Source of the DNA: a virus
Taxonomy: Duplodnaviria; Caudoviricetes
IMG/VR virus record: IMGVR_UViG_3300023435_000009
Strand: one strand, 5' to 3'
DNA: 64,000 nucleotides
Below the pieces are notes generated by a model. The model was not told the origin of the DNA. It searched no databases and saw nothing but the letters and a program-made list of their open reading frames with translations. Positions 37,547 to 47,769 of this stretch are shown piece by piece. The translations under genes were made by a program, and so were the position numbers. Within the stretch, counting starts at the first letter, position 1. Each line of letters begins with the position of its first letter.

Positions 37547-38362
37547 CTAAACCTCAATGGGATCCAGATGCGGGTTTTTCAGAAGACTGCTCCCCAATAC
37601 CGCTGTCAGATCAGAGTCCCGGTGCAGCACTCTCGGTTGGAGAACCTTCTCCCGCCCCATCAGTTTGAGAATCGCTGCCTTATCCCCTGTTACGTTCGGG
37701 AGTGGCTCCGGTATAGTCCGGGCGAGCCAGCGAGCGTGGACGGCACCCACGAACTGACTCTGGGTCAGGTCCAGAATGTGGGATGAGATCGCCCCGTCCC
37801 AGGTCTGACCTGGCGCAAGAGTTGGAATCTCCACCAACATCACCTGACTGCGGGCACACACAAAGTCCAGGAGAGCGAGGCAGTCTTCAGTGGAGATGTG
37901 TTCTATAGCATGGGAGGATACGAAGATGTCGAATGTTCCCATATCGGACATCTCCCAAAGAGGCTTGTCCGCAGCGATGTTCAGGACCCCTCGTCCGATG
38001 GCCTCTGGGCTCGTCTGTTGAACGGCGTAGGGGACCATTTCGTACCCGGTCCACCCTGCAATGGGGAAGACCCTCATACACTCTGCTGCCAGCCACCCAT
38101 CATAGGAGCCGAACTCAACGACCCGTGCCTGAGAAAGGTCCATCCCCCAGTCCTTTAGTTGTTGGAAGGACCGGAGGAACCACTGCACGTCAGCGCAGTG
38201 CTGCTGTTTGAGTTTGGGGTACAGTGTGTCCCAGATCTCACGGTGCTCAGCATAGGTGAACTCAGGGTAATGTGCCCGCCAGAGATCCCATATTCGGGAC
38301 GATGTCAGGAAGTCCTGTGCTCCCTTGATCTTATCGACGATGTTCCGATTTTCTCCTACCAT
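37547..38362 (-). CDS. class I SAM-dependent methyltransferase
   Basis: VVEFGSYDG, WTGYEM, FDIFVSSHAIEH. Confidence 0.8.
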   Translation of the reverse strand: MVGENRNIVDKIKGAQDFLTSSRIWDLWRAHYPEFTYAEHREIWDTLYPKLKQQHCADVQWFLRSFQQLKDWGMDLSQARVVEFGSYDGWLAAECMRVFPIAGWTGYEMVPYAVQQTSPEAIGRGVLNIAADKPLWEMSDMGTFDIFVSSHAIEHISTEDCLALLDFVCARSQVMLVEIPTLAPGQTWDGAISSHILDLTQSQFVGAVHARWLARTIPEPLPNVTGDKAAILKLMGREKVLQPRVLHRDSDLTAVLGSSLLKNPHLDPIEV

Positions 38363-39399
38363 GGTATCAACTCGTCCGGGGTTTCCTCTGCGGGCACCCC
38401 GTCTAGAATTTGGGTGAGTCGTTCAGTAAGCAACCCGACCCGTGCCGAACAGGTGTGGTTTCGTTGGATAAGCCGAGCAGCATTACGAGTGATCCTTCTC
38501 CGTTCAGTGTTGTTCTTCAGATAGTATCTTAGCTTGTCCAGGTAATTTAGGTGGTCAATGACCACCATCGTTTCTCCGTCCACGAACCCGTTGATTGCTG
38601 CGTCCTTGGGCAGAGGGGCCATAACGAGGCATCCGCAGGCCATTGACTCATAGAACTTCTGAACGGGGACATTGATGATGCTCCCACAAAAAAGGATCGT
38701 TTTAGACTGTCTCAGACAATCAGCATACCAGTTTTGGTGCTTGTCGAAAACAGGGATATCGCTGGTCTTCTCTCGGGGCGTTGTGGAAATCAATCTAAAA
38801 ATGATGTCCTTAGCCTCACGAGACCGGAGATGATTTGTTACAAGGATTCGAATGGGATAGAAACGTCCTATGGCTCCGGTAAAAAACACGTCAAAGGGAC
38901 GCTCTTCCTCCAAGGTTGTGTGGAAAAACCATTCAGGCACACAGAAGGGTACCCGGAGGAAAGGGAGATCCGAAGCCGGTTGGAGGATCCGTTTGTAAGG
39001 ATCCGTCATCCAGGCTGTCATCACGTCCCACCCTTTACCCTTGGTGGGAAAAGGATTCTGGGGAAAAGGATGCTCATCTATGTTTCTCACCCAGTGCAGC
39101 CACTGAGCGAGGAAGGCACTGGAGAGAGTGGGGACCATTTTCACAGCTTGGGTCATGGCAGGTTCCGCCCAGTCCACGATCATCTCTGAAACAGGCCGAA
39201 GGTGTGACAAAGCATGAGGGTCGCTTTGGACACGGAAAACATTCAGGGTTGCGGGACCTTCATTAAAAGCGACATCAGCGGACTGTCCCTCATCGACTTG
39301 TGTCAGATGAGGAGAGCGACCCATTGCTTCGAACAGATGTCGAGAGTGGGATCGGTCACTGATGGTTGACACTGGGATGCGTACACGCAGTTTGGTCAT
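38356..39399 (-). CDS. glycosyltransferase, GT-B (CgeB-like)
   Basis: DVFFTGA...YADCLRQSK...KFYESMACGCLV...GFVDGE. Confidence 0.8.
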   Translation of the reverse strand: MTKLRVRIPVSTISDRSHSRHLFEAMGRSPHLTQVDEGQSADVAFNEGPATLNVFRVQSDPHALSHLRPVSEMIVDWAEPAMTQAVKMVPTLSSAFLAQWLHWVRNIDEHPFPQNPFPTKGKGWDVMTAWMTDPYKRILQPASDLPFLRVPFCVPEWFFHTTLEEERPFDVFFTGAIGRFYPIRILVTNHLRSREAKDIIFRLISTTPREKTSDIPVFDKHQNWYADCLRQSKTILFCGSIINVPVQKFYESMACGCLVMAPLPKDAAINGFVDGETMVVIDHLNYLDKLRYYLKNNTERRRITRNAARLIQRNHTCSARVGLLTERLTQILDGVPAEETPDELIPW

Positions 39400-39400
39400 C

Positions 39401-40435
39401 TTAGCGTTTCCATGCCAGCAGCGTTCGCATCAATCCACTACCACGTTCTGCGACCACAGAACCTTCTCCAGCGGCCCCCGATTTGCGGCACCAATCGAAG
39501 ACAGCTTCAGGTTTCACGAATGAGGAGTTTCCTCCTACGGGATCTTCGGGAGCAGGACAGTCGAGGAACACAGTGGGAGCCTTTGCCACCAACCGCCGGA
39601 AGATCTCATGTCCCTGTTCATCCCGCCCATCCACTTGGTGGTGATTGAGCAGGGATAGGCAGACGATGAAGTCAGTTCGTTTCTGATGTTCGGTCACGTC
39701 CGGGATGTTGCCACATTTGTGGAAGCTGGCCCGAGGTGCCTTGTCCTCGTCACACCAGGCCCCGATGACCTTCATCCACGCCAGCGCATTGCCCGTGGCG
39801 ACACACTTGGCGTCGAGATCGATCCCGACCATACTGTGACCCCGCCGGGCGAGGCCGCATGTCAGTACGCCCGAGTTACACGCCACATCCATACCGTAGG
39901 TTGCGTTTGGGAGATGTTTCGCCAGGTAGTCCCCCAGGACGGCAGCCCGGAATTCCGAGTCCCTCCGCCATCCCCTCCAGAGAGACAAGTCGGGATGCTC
40001 CACCCATTGGTATAGGCTCAGACCCCCGTTCTGGGCAAACAGAGCTTCCTTCAAACGCCACCACTCCGAGGCTCGGTAAACAACTTCCACGGGTACTTTG
40101 GGCAACCCCAGGGCGAGGGCTGTGCAGGATCGGTGCAACCCGTCAGTGATGATAATCTGACCATGCGGATTGATCGCCACCTTGATCCGTTGCTTAGGAT
40201 CGAAACCCTTGGTCTGGATAGACCGCAACAGTTCCTTGACGCCTTCCAGATCCCGGTCATGACCCGAGGGAGTGTATTCCTCAGGGTCCTTTCCGGCGAT
40301 GAGTCCTTCTATAACGGAGGACCGGGTGTGTAGGGCCAGTGCCCTGACTCCAAGGCCACCTTCCTGCCACCAGAGCCAGTGAGGGGGCACTTCGATGTGG
40401 TTACCAAAATAGATCTCTGCTTCTTTCGGGTTCAT
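39401..40435 (-). CDS. ParB/Srx-like domain fused to a methyltransferase
   Basis: SIQTKGF...IIITDGLHR; MDVACNSG...GIDLD. Confidence 0.75.
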   Translation of the reverse strand: MNPKEAEIYFGNHIEVPPHWLWWQEGGLGVRALALHTRSSVIEGLIAGKDPEEYTPSGHDRDLEGVKELLRSIQTKGFDPKQRIKVAINPHGQIIITDGLHRSCTALALGLPKVPVEVVYRASEWWRLKEALFAQNGGLSLYQWVEHPDLSLWRGWRRDSEFRAAVLGDYLAKHLPNATYGMDVACNSGVLTCGLARRGHSMVGIDLDAKCVATGNALAWMKVIGAWCDEDKAPRASFHKCGNIPDVTEHQKRTDFIVCLSLLNHHQVDGRDEQGHEIFRRLVAKAPTVFLDCPAPEDPVGGNSSFVKPEAVFDWCRKSGAAGEGSVVAERGSGLMRTLLAWKR

Positions 40436-40437
40436 CT

Positions 40438-43400
40438 CTATCCCTTCCAGTTTCCAAAGCAACCCTGACACGCCGGGTGAGCGTTCGGCTGGTCCCCCGT
40501 TACGGACAGCCGCAGTTGAGCATAGTGGTTGTTCTGCCAAGTACCTCCGAGCCGTATGTTACCGGAGGACTCAGATGGGGGATCTATCCGTCTGCACCCC
40601 GAAATCGCTCCCTTGGCGTCCAACCCCAGAGAGACCATCGGTGACATACATTTGCCTGGGGCACCCTCTGGCCCCAGGATCACCTCAGGCCACACCTCGA
40701 CCAATTCCGCCCCCGGACAAGTTTTGGCGTGTGCTATTTCCGCTAACGCTTTGTCAGATCTGGGGGTTAAGACGTCGTTCAAGAAGTCCTTGTCCAATGG
40801 GCCATTGTGAGGCAACACATTGATCAGGTGTACGAATTGAACTCTAAGTTCCTTTGCCAGAGCTAGGAGGGCAGGGATCCTGTGTGCATTGCTATTCGTT
40901 ACGACATAGGACACTCCCGAGCGGATCGGGGAGGCACTCATTAATCGGATCCCCTCTAATACCTTGAGCCAGAAATCGGTGCGGGTCGTGGCCTGGTGCT
41001 CCTCCGCCGTGGTGGCATTCAAGGACACGGAAAGGTAGCTGATGGGAAGCCCCTGAAGCTCCGCAGCATTTTTCCAGAGGAGACTGCCGTTGGTGATGAG
41101 CCCGACAACAACCTTATGTGACCCGCAGATGCGAATCAACTCCGGCAACTGTGGATGCAGCAGCGGTTCCCCGAAACCAGCGATACAGCAGCCCCGGATG
41201 GTGGGATACCTGTTCAAAGCTGTCGTCAGGGTTGCGGGGGTGATATCCCCTTGTTGAGGCACGCCTTCGGGAGTTTGTCGTTTGCAGGGGGTTGTACCGA
41301 ACACACATTTGAAATTGCACTTGTCTGTGAGGTAAAGGGTCATCTCACGGGGTCCATGGCTGAACTCCCCTACGTAGGAAGCAAGGCGACGGTAGTCCTG
41401 ATCTGCAGCCCGGAAGTCCATCTCCTTGTCCTCCGGTTGTTCCCCAGTCAGCCCCACGGTAGCACCCAAAAACTTGGCCTGGCGAATTTCGTTGCCTGGT
41501 TCAGCCAACCACTCCTGCATCAACATCTGAGGGTACTTTGACAACCAACCCATCCAGGATAACTTCCGATGTTTCTGCATCAGTCGCTTCCAACGGACGA
41601 AAGCCATCTCGGGTGTCTGGGATGCGAGATGCGTTCCAAAGATCTCGGCAGTCCGGGTGTATTCCTCGGTCCACACCCCATTAGTTTCTTTGCGGACTCT
41701 ACCAGGGGAGTTGTCGGCCACGATCTCGTGGCCGTTTGTACGCAGTAGCTCATTCTGGCCCATCTCACAGGAGAGGGCTTCTTTGTACGGGTACTGTTTA
41801 CAGATAGCGTGATTGTATATTTTGACACCCTGAATGGGTCGGTGAACGTCATCGTCCCACAACCACCCAACATACTGAGCAGCTTTCGTTGTCGTGATCT
41901 TTTCATAAAGGCGTCTGATAGCAGAGGGATCTAATAGCATATCAGCATCGATCTGAACGTAATAGGGTGTCTGACAACGATCCATCATCTGCTGGAAGGC
42001 CCGCCACATAGGGGCTACATTACGAATATCCTCCCGAAGAAATAGGGAATCCTGGTTGTCTAAGTGTTTGTGACAGGTCGGTGTTGATGGTTCTCCGCTA
42101 GAGATAACAAATACGGTCACAAAGTTTTGCAGATCCTGTTTGCCATTTGCCATTTCTGATTCCTTTGCCGGGTGTGCAGGAGGATTTACCCTAATAGGGT
42201 GTACGGGAGGGTTTACCAGGGCAGGAGTGGAAAGCGACAAAGCTGGGGCTGTGACCGCCGCTGGGACGGGTTCCTGTGGCATCATGGGGAAGCCTAACCC
42301 TTGCAGAATGTCAGTAGCCTCCGCCTTGTACTGGAGGGACAACCTGTCAAGCAGTTCCCTTTGGGCATGAAGCAGTTTAATCCTGTCCGCCGGATGATCA
42401 AGAAGATGCTGGGTAAGCCTTCGGATTTCATCACTAGCAATGGCTGGTCGGACACAACATAGTTCCTGTGCCCATTTTGGCAGATCCTTGACCCAACGAA
42501 TAGTATCACACAAAACTACGGGGGTGCCTGCGTAGATGGCCTCCATCACGAGGTAAGGCCAGGTGTCCGACAGGCTCGTGTGGATCATCACGTCCATAGA
42601 GGACACGAGTTTGACGGCTGCTCCACGGGAAAGTACACCGTATGTTTTCCAACTCTGAGCGGCAACGAGAAGAGCCTGAACGGCAGCCCCCCGCAGTTCT
42701 AATGTTGATGACGTTGACAGGTGTAAGTGTCCACTGGTCTGGGTTGCTCCTGCAACGCATGCCAAAATATTTTTAGCATTCGAAGGGTAATGTCCGCAAA
42801 ACCCCACCATCACAGAGCCTGGCTTTTTTGGTGCCCTCCCTAATGACTGAAGTCGTTGGGAGTCCCATACGGGGACCATTCGGGTAGCTCCTACAGGAAG
42901 AACATCTCGGGTTTCAAGCCACAGGAACCGGCCCTGTCCACTGGCTGACATCCGTAGAGCTTCGCTTAATGTTCCTCCCTCACCCATCAGATCAGAGCCA
43001 GCAAAGCCACTGTGCCACAGAATGTGTGCAAGTTTGGGGTAGTAGGCACAGAGTTTTCGTGCTCCTGTCCACCAGCCATGGAACAAAACGGGTTGACCCG
43101 AACGGAGTGCCTCATCCGCTTCTGCACGAGAGACTGCTTTGAACCCGATGCTCAAAAGACCGTCAGTGAAGGCTTGTTGTCCGGCCCCTCCGGGGACACA
43201 TGTGAGCGGGACGTTGCCTTGGGGTACGAGGATGGGGGGTGGTCTGGGTGTGATCACTTGGGGAGTAGCCGAAATCTTTTTGGGTGCTTCTTTAGGGGGG
43301 TTTGGAGCTACCCACGTGCCGTCCAAAACACCTAGCCCCCGGCGAAGGAGTTCCTTAGCTTCAGACTCCGCCCATGTTGCTCTGTTTCCTTTACCTGTCA

Positions 43401-44046
43401 CTATAAAGCGACCCCGGACCATTGAGCGTTCTGACTCCAGCACAGGCCGGTCCCAGATGTTTTCCCCATGCTGAAGGCATACGGGCATCCCTTCGAGCAA
43501 CGAAGTGATATCCTTGTGCGCTGGTTTCCGGGGGAGCCTGCGGATTCTATATGCAGCCTTGGCATCCTTGCCATTCGGGATTGGGGGCCACCCTCGGATT
43601 TCCCTCAGGAGCTTCGTGGTGTAGGACATAGAGGTGCCCACCAAGCCATCCTTGTCCCCCTTCCAGAAGGTTACACAATCGTGGATCATGTCATAGAAGT
43701 AACAGTTTCGAGTGCCCGACCATTCATAACCCTCCAAGAAGGCTTGGATAGAAGCCGCAGCCCTGTTCGGAGGTTGAAGGTCATCATCATCCGCCAGCAT
43801 CACCAGTTCAGCGTCGGTCCTGGCCACCAAGGCGTTCAGCTTCACCGTGACCTTGGGATCGGCAACAACCTGATAGGGAACATCTGCTTCAGCGGCCACC
43901 TCTTTGCCAGGGTCCTCAGCCTCTCCCGCCACCAAGATCTCAACATCCCAACCGTCAGGAATGCCCTGCTGTTGCTGGAGAGAGTCCAGGCACGCTCGGA
44001 GAAGCTGCGGCCTGTGATGTGTAGCGACTAGGAAAGCGGCTTTCAT
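40438..44046 (-). CDS. multidomain protein: GT2 + GT-B + GT-A-like + radical SAM/SPASM (about 1200 aa)
   Basis: VATHHRP..LADDDD; HTSLSDTWPYLVMEAIYAGTPVV; YVQIDADMLL; LTDKCNFKCVFGTTPC, GFGEPLLHP, C-terminal CMSP..GC..CQGC. Confidence 0.85.
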   Translation of the reverse strand: MKAAFLVATHHRPQLLRACLDSLQQQQGIPDGWDVEILVAGEAEDPGKEVAAEADVPYQVVADPKVTVKLNALVARTDAELVMLADDDDLQPPNRAAASIQAFLEGYEWSGTRNCYFYDMIHDCVTFWKGDKDGLVGTSMSYTTKLLREIRGWPPIPNGKDAKAAYRIRRLPRKPAHKDITSLLEGMPVCLQHGENIWDRPVLESERSMVRGRFIVTGKGNRATWAESEAKELLRRGLGVLDGTWVAPNPPKEAPKKISATPQVITPRPPPILVPQGNVPLTCVPGGAGQQAFTDGLLSIGFKAVSRAEADEALRSGQPVLFHGWWTGARKLCAYYPKLAHILWHSGFAGSDLMGEGGTLSEALRMSASGQGRFLWLETRDVLPVGATRMVPVWDSQRLQSLGRAPKKPGSVMVGFCGHYPSNAKNILACVAGATQTSGHLHLSTSSTLELRGAAVQALLVAAQSWKTYGVLSRGAAVKLVSSMDVMIHTSLSDTWPYLVMEAIYAGTPVVLCDTIRWVKDLPKWAQELCCVRPAIASDEIRRLTQHLLDHPADRIKLLHAQRELLDRLSLQYKAEATDILQGLGFPMMPQEPVPAAVTAPALSLSTPALVNPPVHPIRVNPPAHPAKESEMANGKQDLQNFVTVFVISSGEPSTPTCHKHLDNQDSLFLREDIRNVAPMWRAFQQMMDRCQTPYYVQIDADMLLDPSAIRRLYEKITTTKAAQYVGWLWDDDVHRPIQGVKIYNHAICKQYPYKEALSCEMGQNELLRTNGHEIVADNSPGRVRKETNGVWTEEYTRTAEIFGTHLASQTPEMAFVRWKRLMQKHRKLSWMGWLSKYPQMLMQEWLAEPGNEIRQAKFLGATVGLTGEQPEDKEMDFRAADQDYRRLASYVGEFSHGPREMTLYLTDKCNFKCVFGTTPCKRQTPEGVPQQGDITPATLTTALNRYPTIRGCCIAGFGEPLLHPQLPELIRICGSHKVVVGLITNGSLLWKNAAELQGLPISYLSVSLNATTAEEHQATTRTDFWLKVLEGIRLMSASPIRSGVSYVVTNSNAHRIPALLALAKELRVQFVHLINVLPHNGPLDKDFLNDVLTPRSDKALAEIAHAKTCPGAELVEVWPEVILGPEGAPGKCMSPMVSLGLDAKGAISGCRRIDPPSESSGNIRLGGTWQNNHYAQLRLSVTGDQPNAHPACQGCFGNWKG

Positions 44047-44071
44047 GTCCCTTACCTTTGGTAGAGGAACT

Positions 44072-45432
44072 ATAGTCAACAATGCTGTAGCAATTTCTTG
44101 CTTTCATTGTCTTTTATGGTAACGGGGACTATAGGCTCCCGCCCTTCATCAAACAAACCATCAGAAGTCCAGAAGAACCCTTTACGATTTATTTGACTTA
44201 GCCGCACCCACCATTGGATCTCAAAGAGATCGAGTTTCAAGTTGGAAGCCGCATTCAAGTCAGCATCGGTGATAAAACCACATTTGCCGCATCTGAACGT
44301 CTTACCTTTCCTGTTACTCTTACGGACCCAGCCACATTGGCTACACCTCTGAGACCTAAACTCATTCGCTACCTCCCGAAAAAGGAAACCTTCCTCCTCA
44401 GAGAGACGAACAAGTTTGTCTTTGATCAAAGTGTAACGCCAGTGTGACATATAACGTGAACTCCGTTCACCCCTACGGAGATGCTTGATCTTCTCAAAAC
44501 GAACTTCTTTCACGTCCTTGAAGTTAAGTTGATTCAAGGACCAATGGATGTAGTTCTTGCGATGCTCTTGGGTACGACGAAAGCCATTCGATCCCTTTTG
44601 CTTACGAGCAAGTTTTGCTTGGATCGTTTGGAGGTTATGCCCATGGGGACACGACAGTGTCGTTGCACCATTTGAAAGAGTCAACGCAGTAACTAATCCC
44701 TGGTCTGCCCCAACTATCTGACTTCCTGAAACGTTTTTGTTTGGTACTTCGTAAATTAGATGTAGTGTGTCTTCAGAGATCCTAACACACACTTTCAGGA
44801 TTCCTTTAGTCTGCCACTTGTTGGAGCATCGAGTTCTTTTGATGGGGACTCTAATGTGTGGAATACCAAGGGATGAGAGTTGGACAAACAAAAGATGTCT
44901 GTCTCTTGGAAACTCACAAAGCGAGAGTCTAGTTCCAGATTGATTCCTGAAGCATCTGGCTTAACAAGAGGTTGCCGGTCAACCTTTGACTGAAGTCGTT
45001 TGTACTTGCCACCTTCTCGCTGAAGGTTGGCCAACACGAAAAGTTGTTTCCGTCGTTTCTCTGTGGCTGCCTTGAGCATCATAATGGCTTGTTTTCCAGC
45101 AGCTTGCTGAAGCCTTGCTGACATCCACGTTGGGAACTGCTTGAGATATTTTGTGGGTAAATGATTCTTGCCCTTGAAGTCCAGTCTGTTTGAGCTTGGG
45201 AAAATGTTCCACGCTGGAAACCCCTTCTCCCATATGTCGTTTATGATGCATTGGACAAAAAGGCGGTACTCTCCGATAAGTTCGCCTACCAATCTCACCT
45301 TACCTGGGTTTGCAAACCGCAAACTATGGGCAGAAGACCGAATCATTTAGCCACCTTAAGTTCTCAATCCCATGGTTGCAGTTTACTAAAGAAAAACAAA
45401 AAACACAAGCCTTCTTATCAAGGTAAGCTATA
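44072..45432 (-). mobile_element. TnpB-only element, family A copy 2
   Basis: 1361 nt, collinear with 5471-6832, same ends. Confidence 0.85.
44076..45346 (-). pseudogene. tnpB: frameshifted tnpB
   Basis: the T5 run of copy 1 (6010-6014) is T4 here (44890-44893), splitting the ORF. Confidence 0.85.
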
Positions 45433-46050
45433 CCACCCAGAGGAGTTCTCAGCACCTATGAATATGGCGGAGAGTTCCACGGCACGCCTGATGCGGTCAA
45501 TAGTGTCCTGGATGAGAGCCTTCGCTTTGTCAGACGGTCCTGAAGCGGCCCTGAGAAGGTACGCCGGATGGTAAATCGGCACGATAGGGATCCCACCAGC
45601 CTCATAGATCAGATCCGTTACCTTGAGCAGCGAACCCATCGCACCCCACTGCTGGGACAATTTACTGGTGGCATGCCTTCCCAACGTGATCAGGACTCTC
45701 GGACCGATGGCGGCGATCTGACGTTGGAGGAAGGGGTAGCAAACAGCAACCTCGTCAGGCTGGGGGTCACGGTTCCCCGGAGGCCGACATTTGAGCACGT
45801 TGGCGATGTAACACTCATCCCGTGTCACCCCCGCCCTTGTCAGGAGAACGTCCAGGATGCCCCCCGCACGGCCCACAAAGGGCACTCCCTGCTCATCCTC
45901 GTGTTGACCGGGTGCCTCTCCTACGATCATGATGCGGGCGTTGGGGTCACCGGCTCCGAAGACGACATTATGTCGATCTTTTTGGAGCCTGCATCGGGGG
46001 CAGTTCACCAGGGCTTTCTGGATGTGTTTCAGGGTCTCTTTCGACATCAT
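45418..46050 (-). CDS. udg: uracil-DNA glycosylase family 4
   Basis: CPRC, VGEAPGQHE, FVGRAG, NVLKCRPP, LGRHA, IYHPAYLLR; its stop lies inside the IS left end. Confidence 0.93.
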   Translation of the reverse strand: MMSKETLKHIQKALVNCPRCRLQKDRHNVVFGAGDPNARIMIVGEAPGQHEDEQGVPFVGRAGGILDVLLTRAGVTRDECYIANVLKCRPPGNRDPQPDEVAVCYPFLQRQIAAIGPRVLITLGRHATSKLSQQWGAMGSLLKVTDLIYEAGGIPIVPIYHPAYLLRAASGPSDKAKALIQDTIDRIRRAVELSAIFIGAENSSGWYSLP

Positions 46051-46194
46051 TTCTCCTTGGGGCGATTTATCATCCATTTGGGAAGGGTTCAAAGGCGACC
46101 TTCATTCGTGCCCTTGCAGTAACAGCGGGGACAGACCAGTCCTTGGTTTTTATGGCCATTGTGTTCTCTCCCATTGTGATGGGGCCTCTAAGAT

Positions 46195-46878
46195 TCAGGG
46201 GGTGACATCGGGCTGAAACGTCGGTGTGACGACGGCGGGTCTCCCTGGGAGCATAATTCTGTTGTCCTGAAGGGGGAGGCCCACTACATCCACGAGGGGG
46301 CTCTGGGCCAGCAACTCGTTGGCGGAGGATTCGTCCAGATCGAACAGGTACTCGTCCTCCTCAGCGTAGGCTCGTAACGTGTCGTTCTCCCAACGCACCT
46401 CTCGAACCATCTCATAAGGTCCGAGTACCCGACGCCGAGCACGTTCTGCCCACTCTGTGTCCACGTAAATCCTATCAGGTGGGGTGCCCGGATCCGCTTG
46501 GTGGGTAACGGAGAGAAGGGCAGACCCAAATCGGATTCTGTTCCTGGAGGGGGGAACCACACCACCGTCCCCTCCCATGGGGCGATTAAGGGTCTGCATG
46601 ATCGCCCGTGCCTGGATGAACAGCTCGTCTCGGTCGTCCTGGCAGTCAGCGATAAGGAAGCAACTTTGACTTTGCCTAAGGTCCATGCACGCTCGGACAC
46701 ACATCCAGGTGCTGGCCCCAAGCTGACGGAAACAATCGTCGGTAGGAACTTGGGGTTTTGTGGAAAGCAACCCGCCACTACTATGACGAGAGACGTTCAT
46801 CAGGAAAGCATCCTGCATGAACTCATCCAAGGGACGCAGACCCAGTCTGCTATACGCCCTCTCCAATCCACTCCACAT
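46195..46878 (-). CDS. hypothetical protein
   Basis: long ORF co-oriented with udg. Confidence 0.55.
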   Translation of the reverse strand: MWSGLERAYSRLGLRPLDEFMQDAFLMNVSRHSSGGLLSTKPQVPTDDCFRQLGASTWMCVRACMDLRQSQSCFLIADCQDDRDELFIQARAIMQTLNRPMGGDGGVVPPSRNRIRFGSALLSVTHQADPGTPPDRIYVDTEWAERARRRVLGPYEMVREVRWENDTLRAYAEEDEYLFDLDESSANELLAQSPLVDVVGLPLQDNRIMLPGRPAVVTPTFQPDVTP

Positions 46879-46892
46879 CGGTGCTTGTTTGA

Positions 46893-47498
46893 TCAGGGAT
46901 CACCTCCGGTAGTCAATTCCAAAATAGTACGGAGCCGTGGTTCTCTAAACAGGGGAAAGCCATAGGCCACGTCATCCAGGAACGACCCCGTCGCCCCAAT
47001 ACGGTGCATCCGGGCAAGGAGGGAGTCCGTATCAAAGGTGGCCCCATAGTAGGCCCAGTCTTCGGGGATGGTACCCCAGATCCGATTTCGTAACCTTCCC
47101 CTGTGCCTGGGTTTCTCAGTTTTCCAGGTCAGGTCGACCACTTTGCCGTTGATGGAGGCCCACCCGTGGAGGGTGGGGACGCTGTTCAACCCGATGGCCC
47201 ACCCCTCGCAGTAAATTAGTTCCCGTGATGTATCGAAAGCCACCAAGAGTTGGGCGTTGTAATAGCAATGCCCCAATCTGAAGTGTTTCTCGGGGCACAG
47301 GGTAAGAGCTTGCAGGACTGTGGTCCTTTCCTGCGGGGTCAAAGGACCAGAGGAAAAGGGTGAACCCCTGTCCAGGACATAATCCTCGCCACCTTGGTAG
47401 TTGTAGCCCTCCGGGAAGACGAGTCCGAGCCTCTTCTTGAAACGGACGGTCTCCCTCAGATACTGGAGCAGTGTTTCCTTGACGGTCCCCACGGACAC
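46893..47498 (-). CDS. hypothetical protein (Cys-His, papain/transglutaminase-like pattern)
   Basis: GHCYYNAQ...YCEGWA...LHGW. Confidence 0.55.
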   Translation of the reverse strand: MSVGTVKETLLQYLRETVRFKKRLGLVFPEGYNYQGGEDYVLDRGSPFSSGPLTPQERTTVLQALTLCPEKHFRLGHCYYNAQLLVAFDTSRELIYCEGWAIGLNSVPTLHGWASINGKVVDLTWKTEKPRHRGRLRNRIWGTIPEDWAYYGATFDTDSLLARMHRIGATGSFLDDVAYGFPLFREPRLRTILELTTGGDP

Positions 47499-47769
47499 CT
47501 CCTGTCACTGTTCTACTCGGATGGGATAGAAAAGCGCACCGGCTCAGGAGGATTGTCGTCCTCGGTCAGTTCCCAAAACCTGTAGGGGGCCTGGGAGTCA
47601 TCATCCGTGTGGCTCACCCACCAAGTGTCAGGGTGTCCCTCTACTGGTTTCAAGACGACCCCGTGTGTTGCCCGGCGTTTGGCGAGACTGGCTTTGACAG
47701 CCACAATATCACAGGTGAGGTCGGGATTTGTCAGTACAGGTAAATCTGGCCTGATTGATGTGACGTTCA

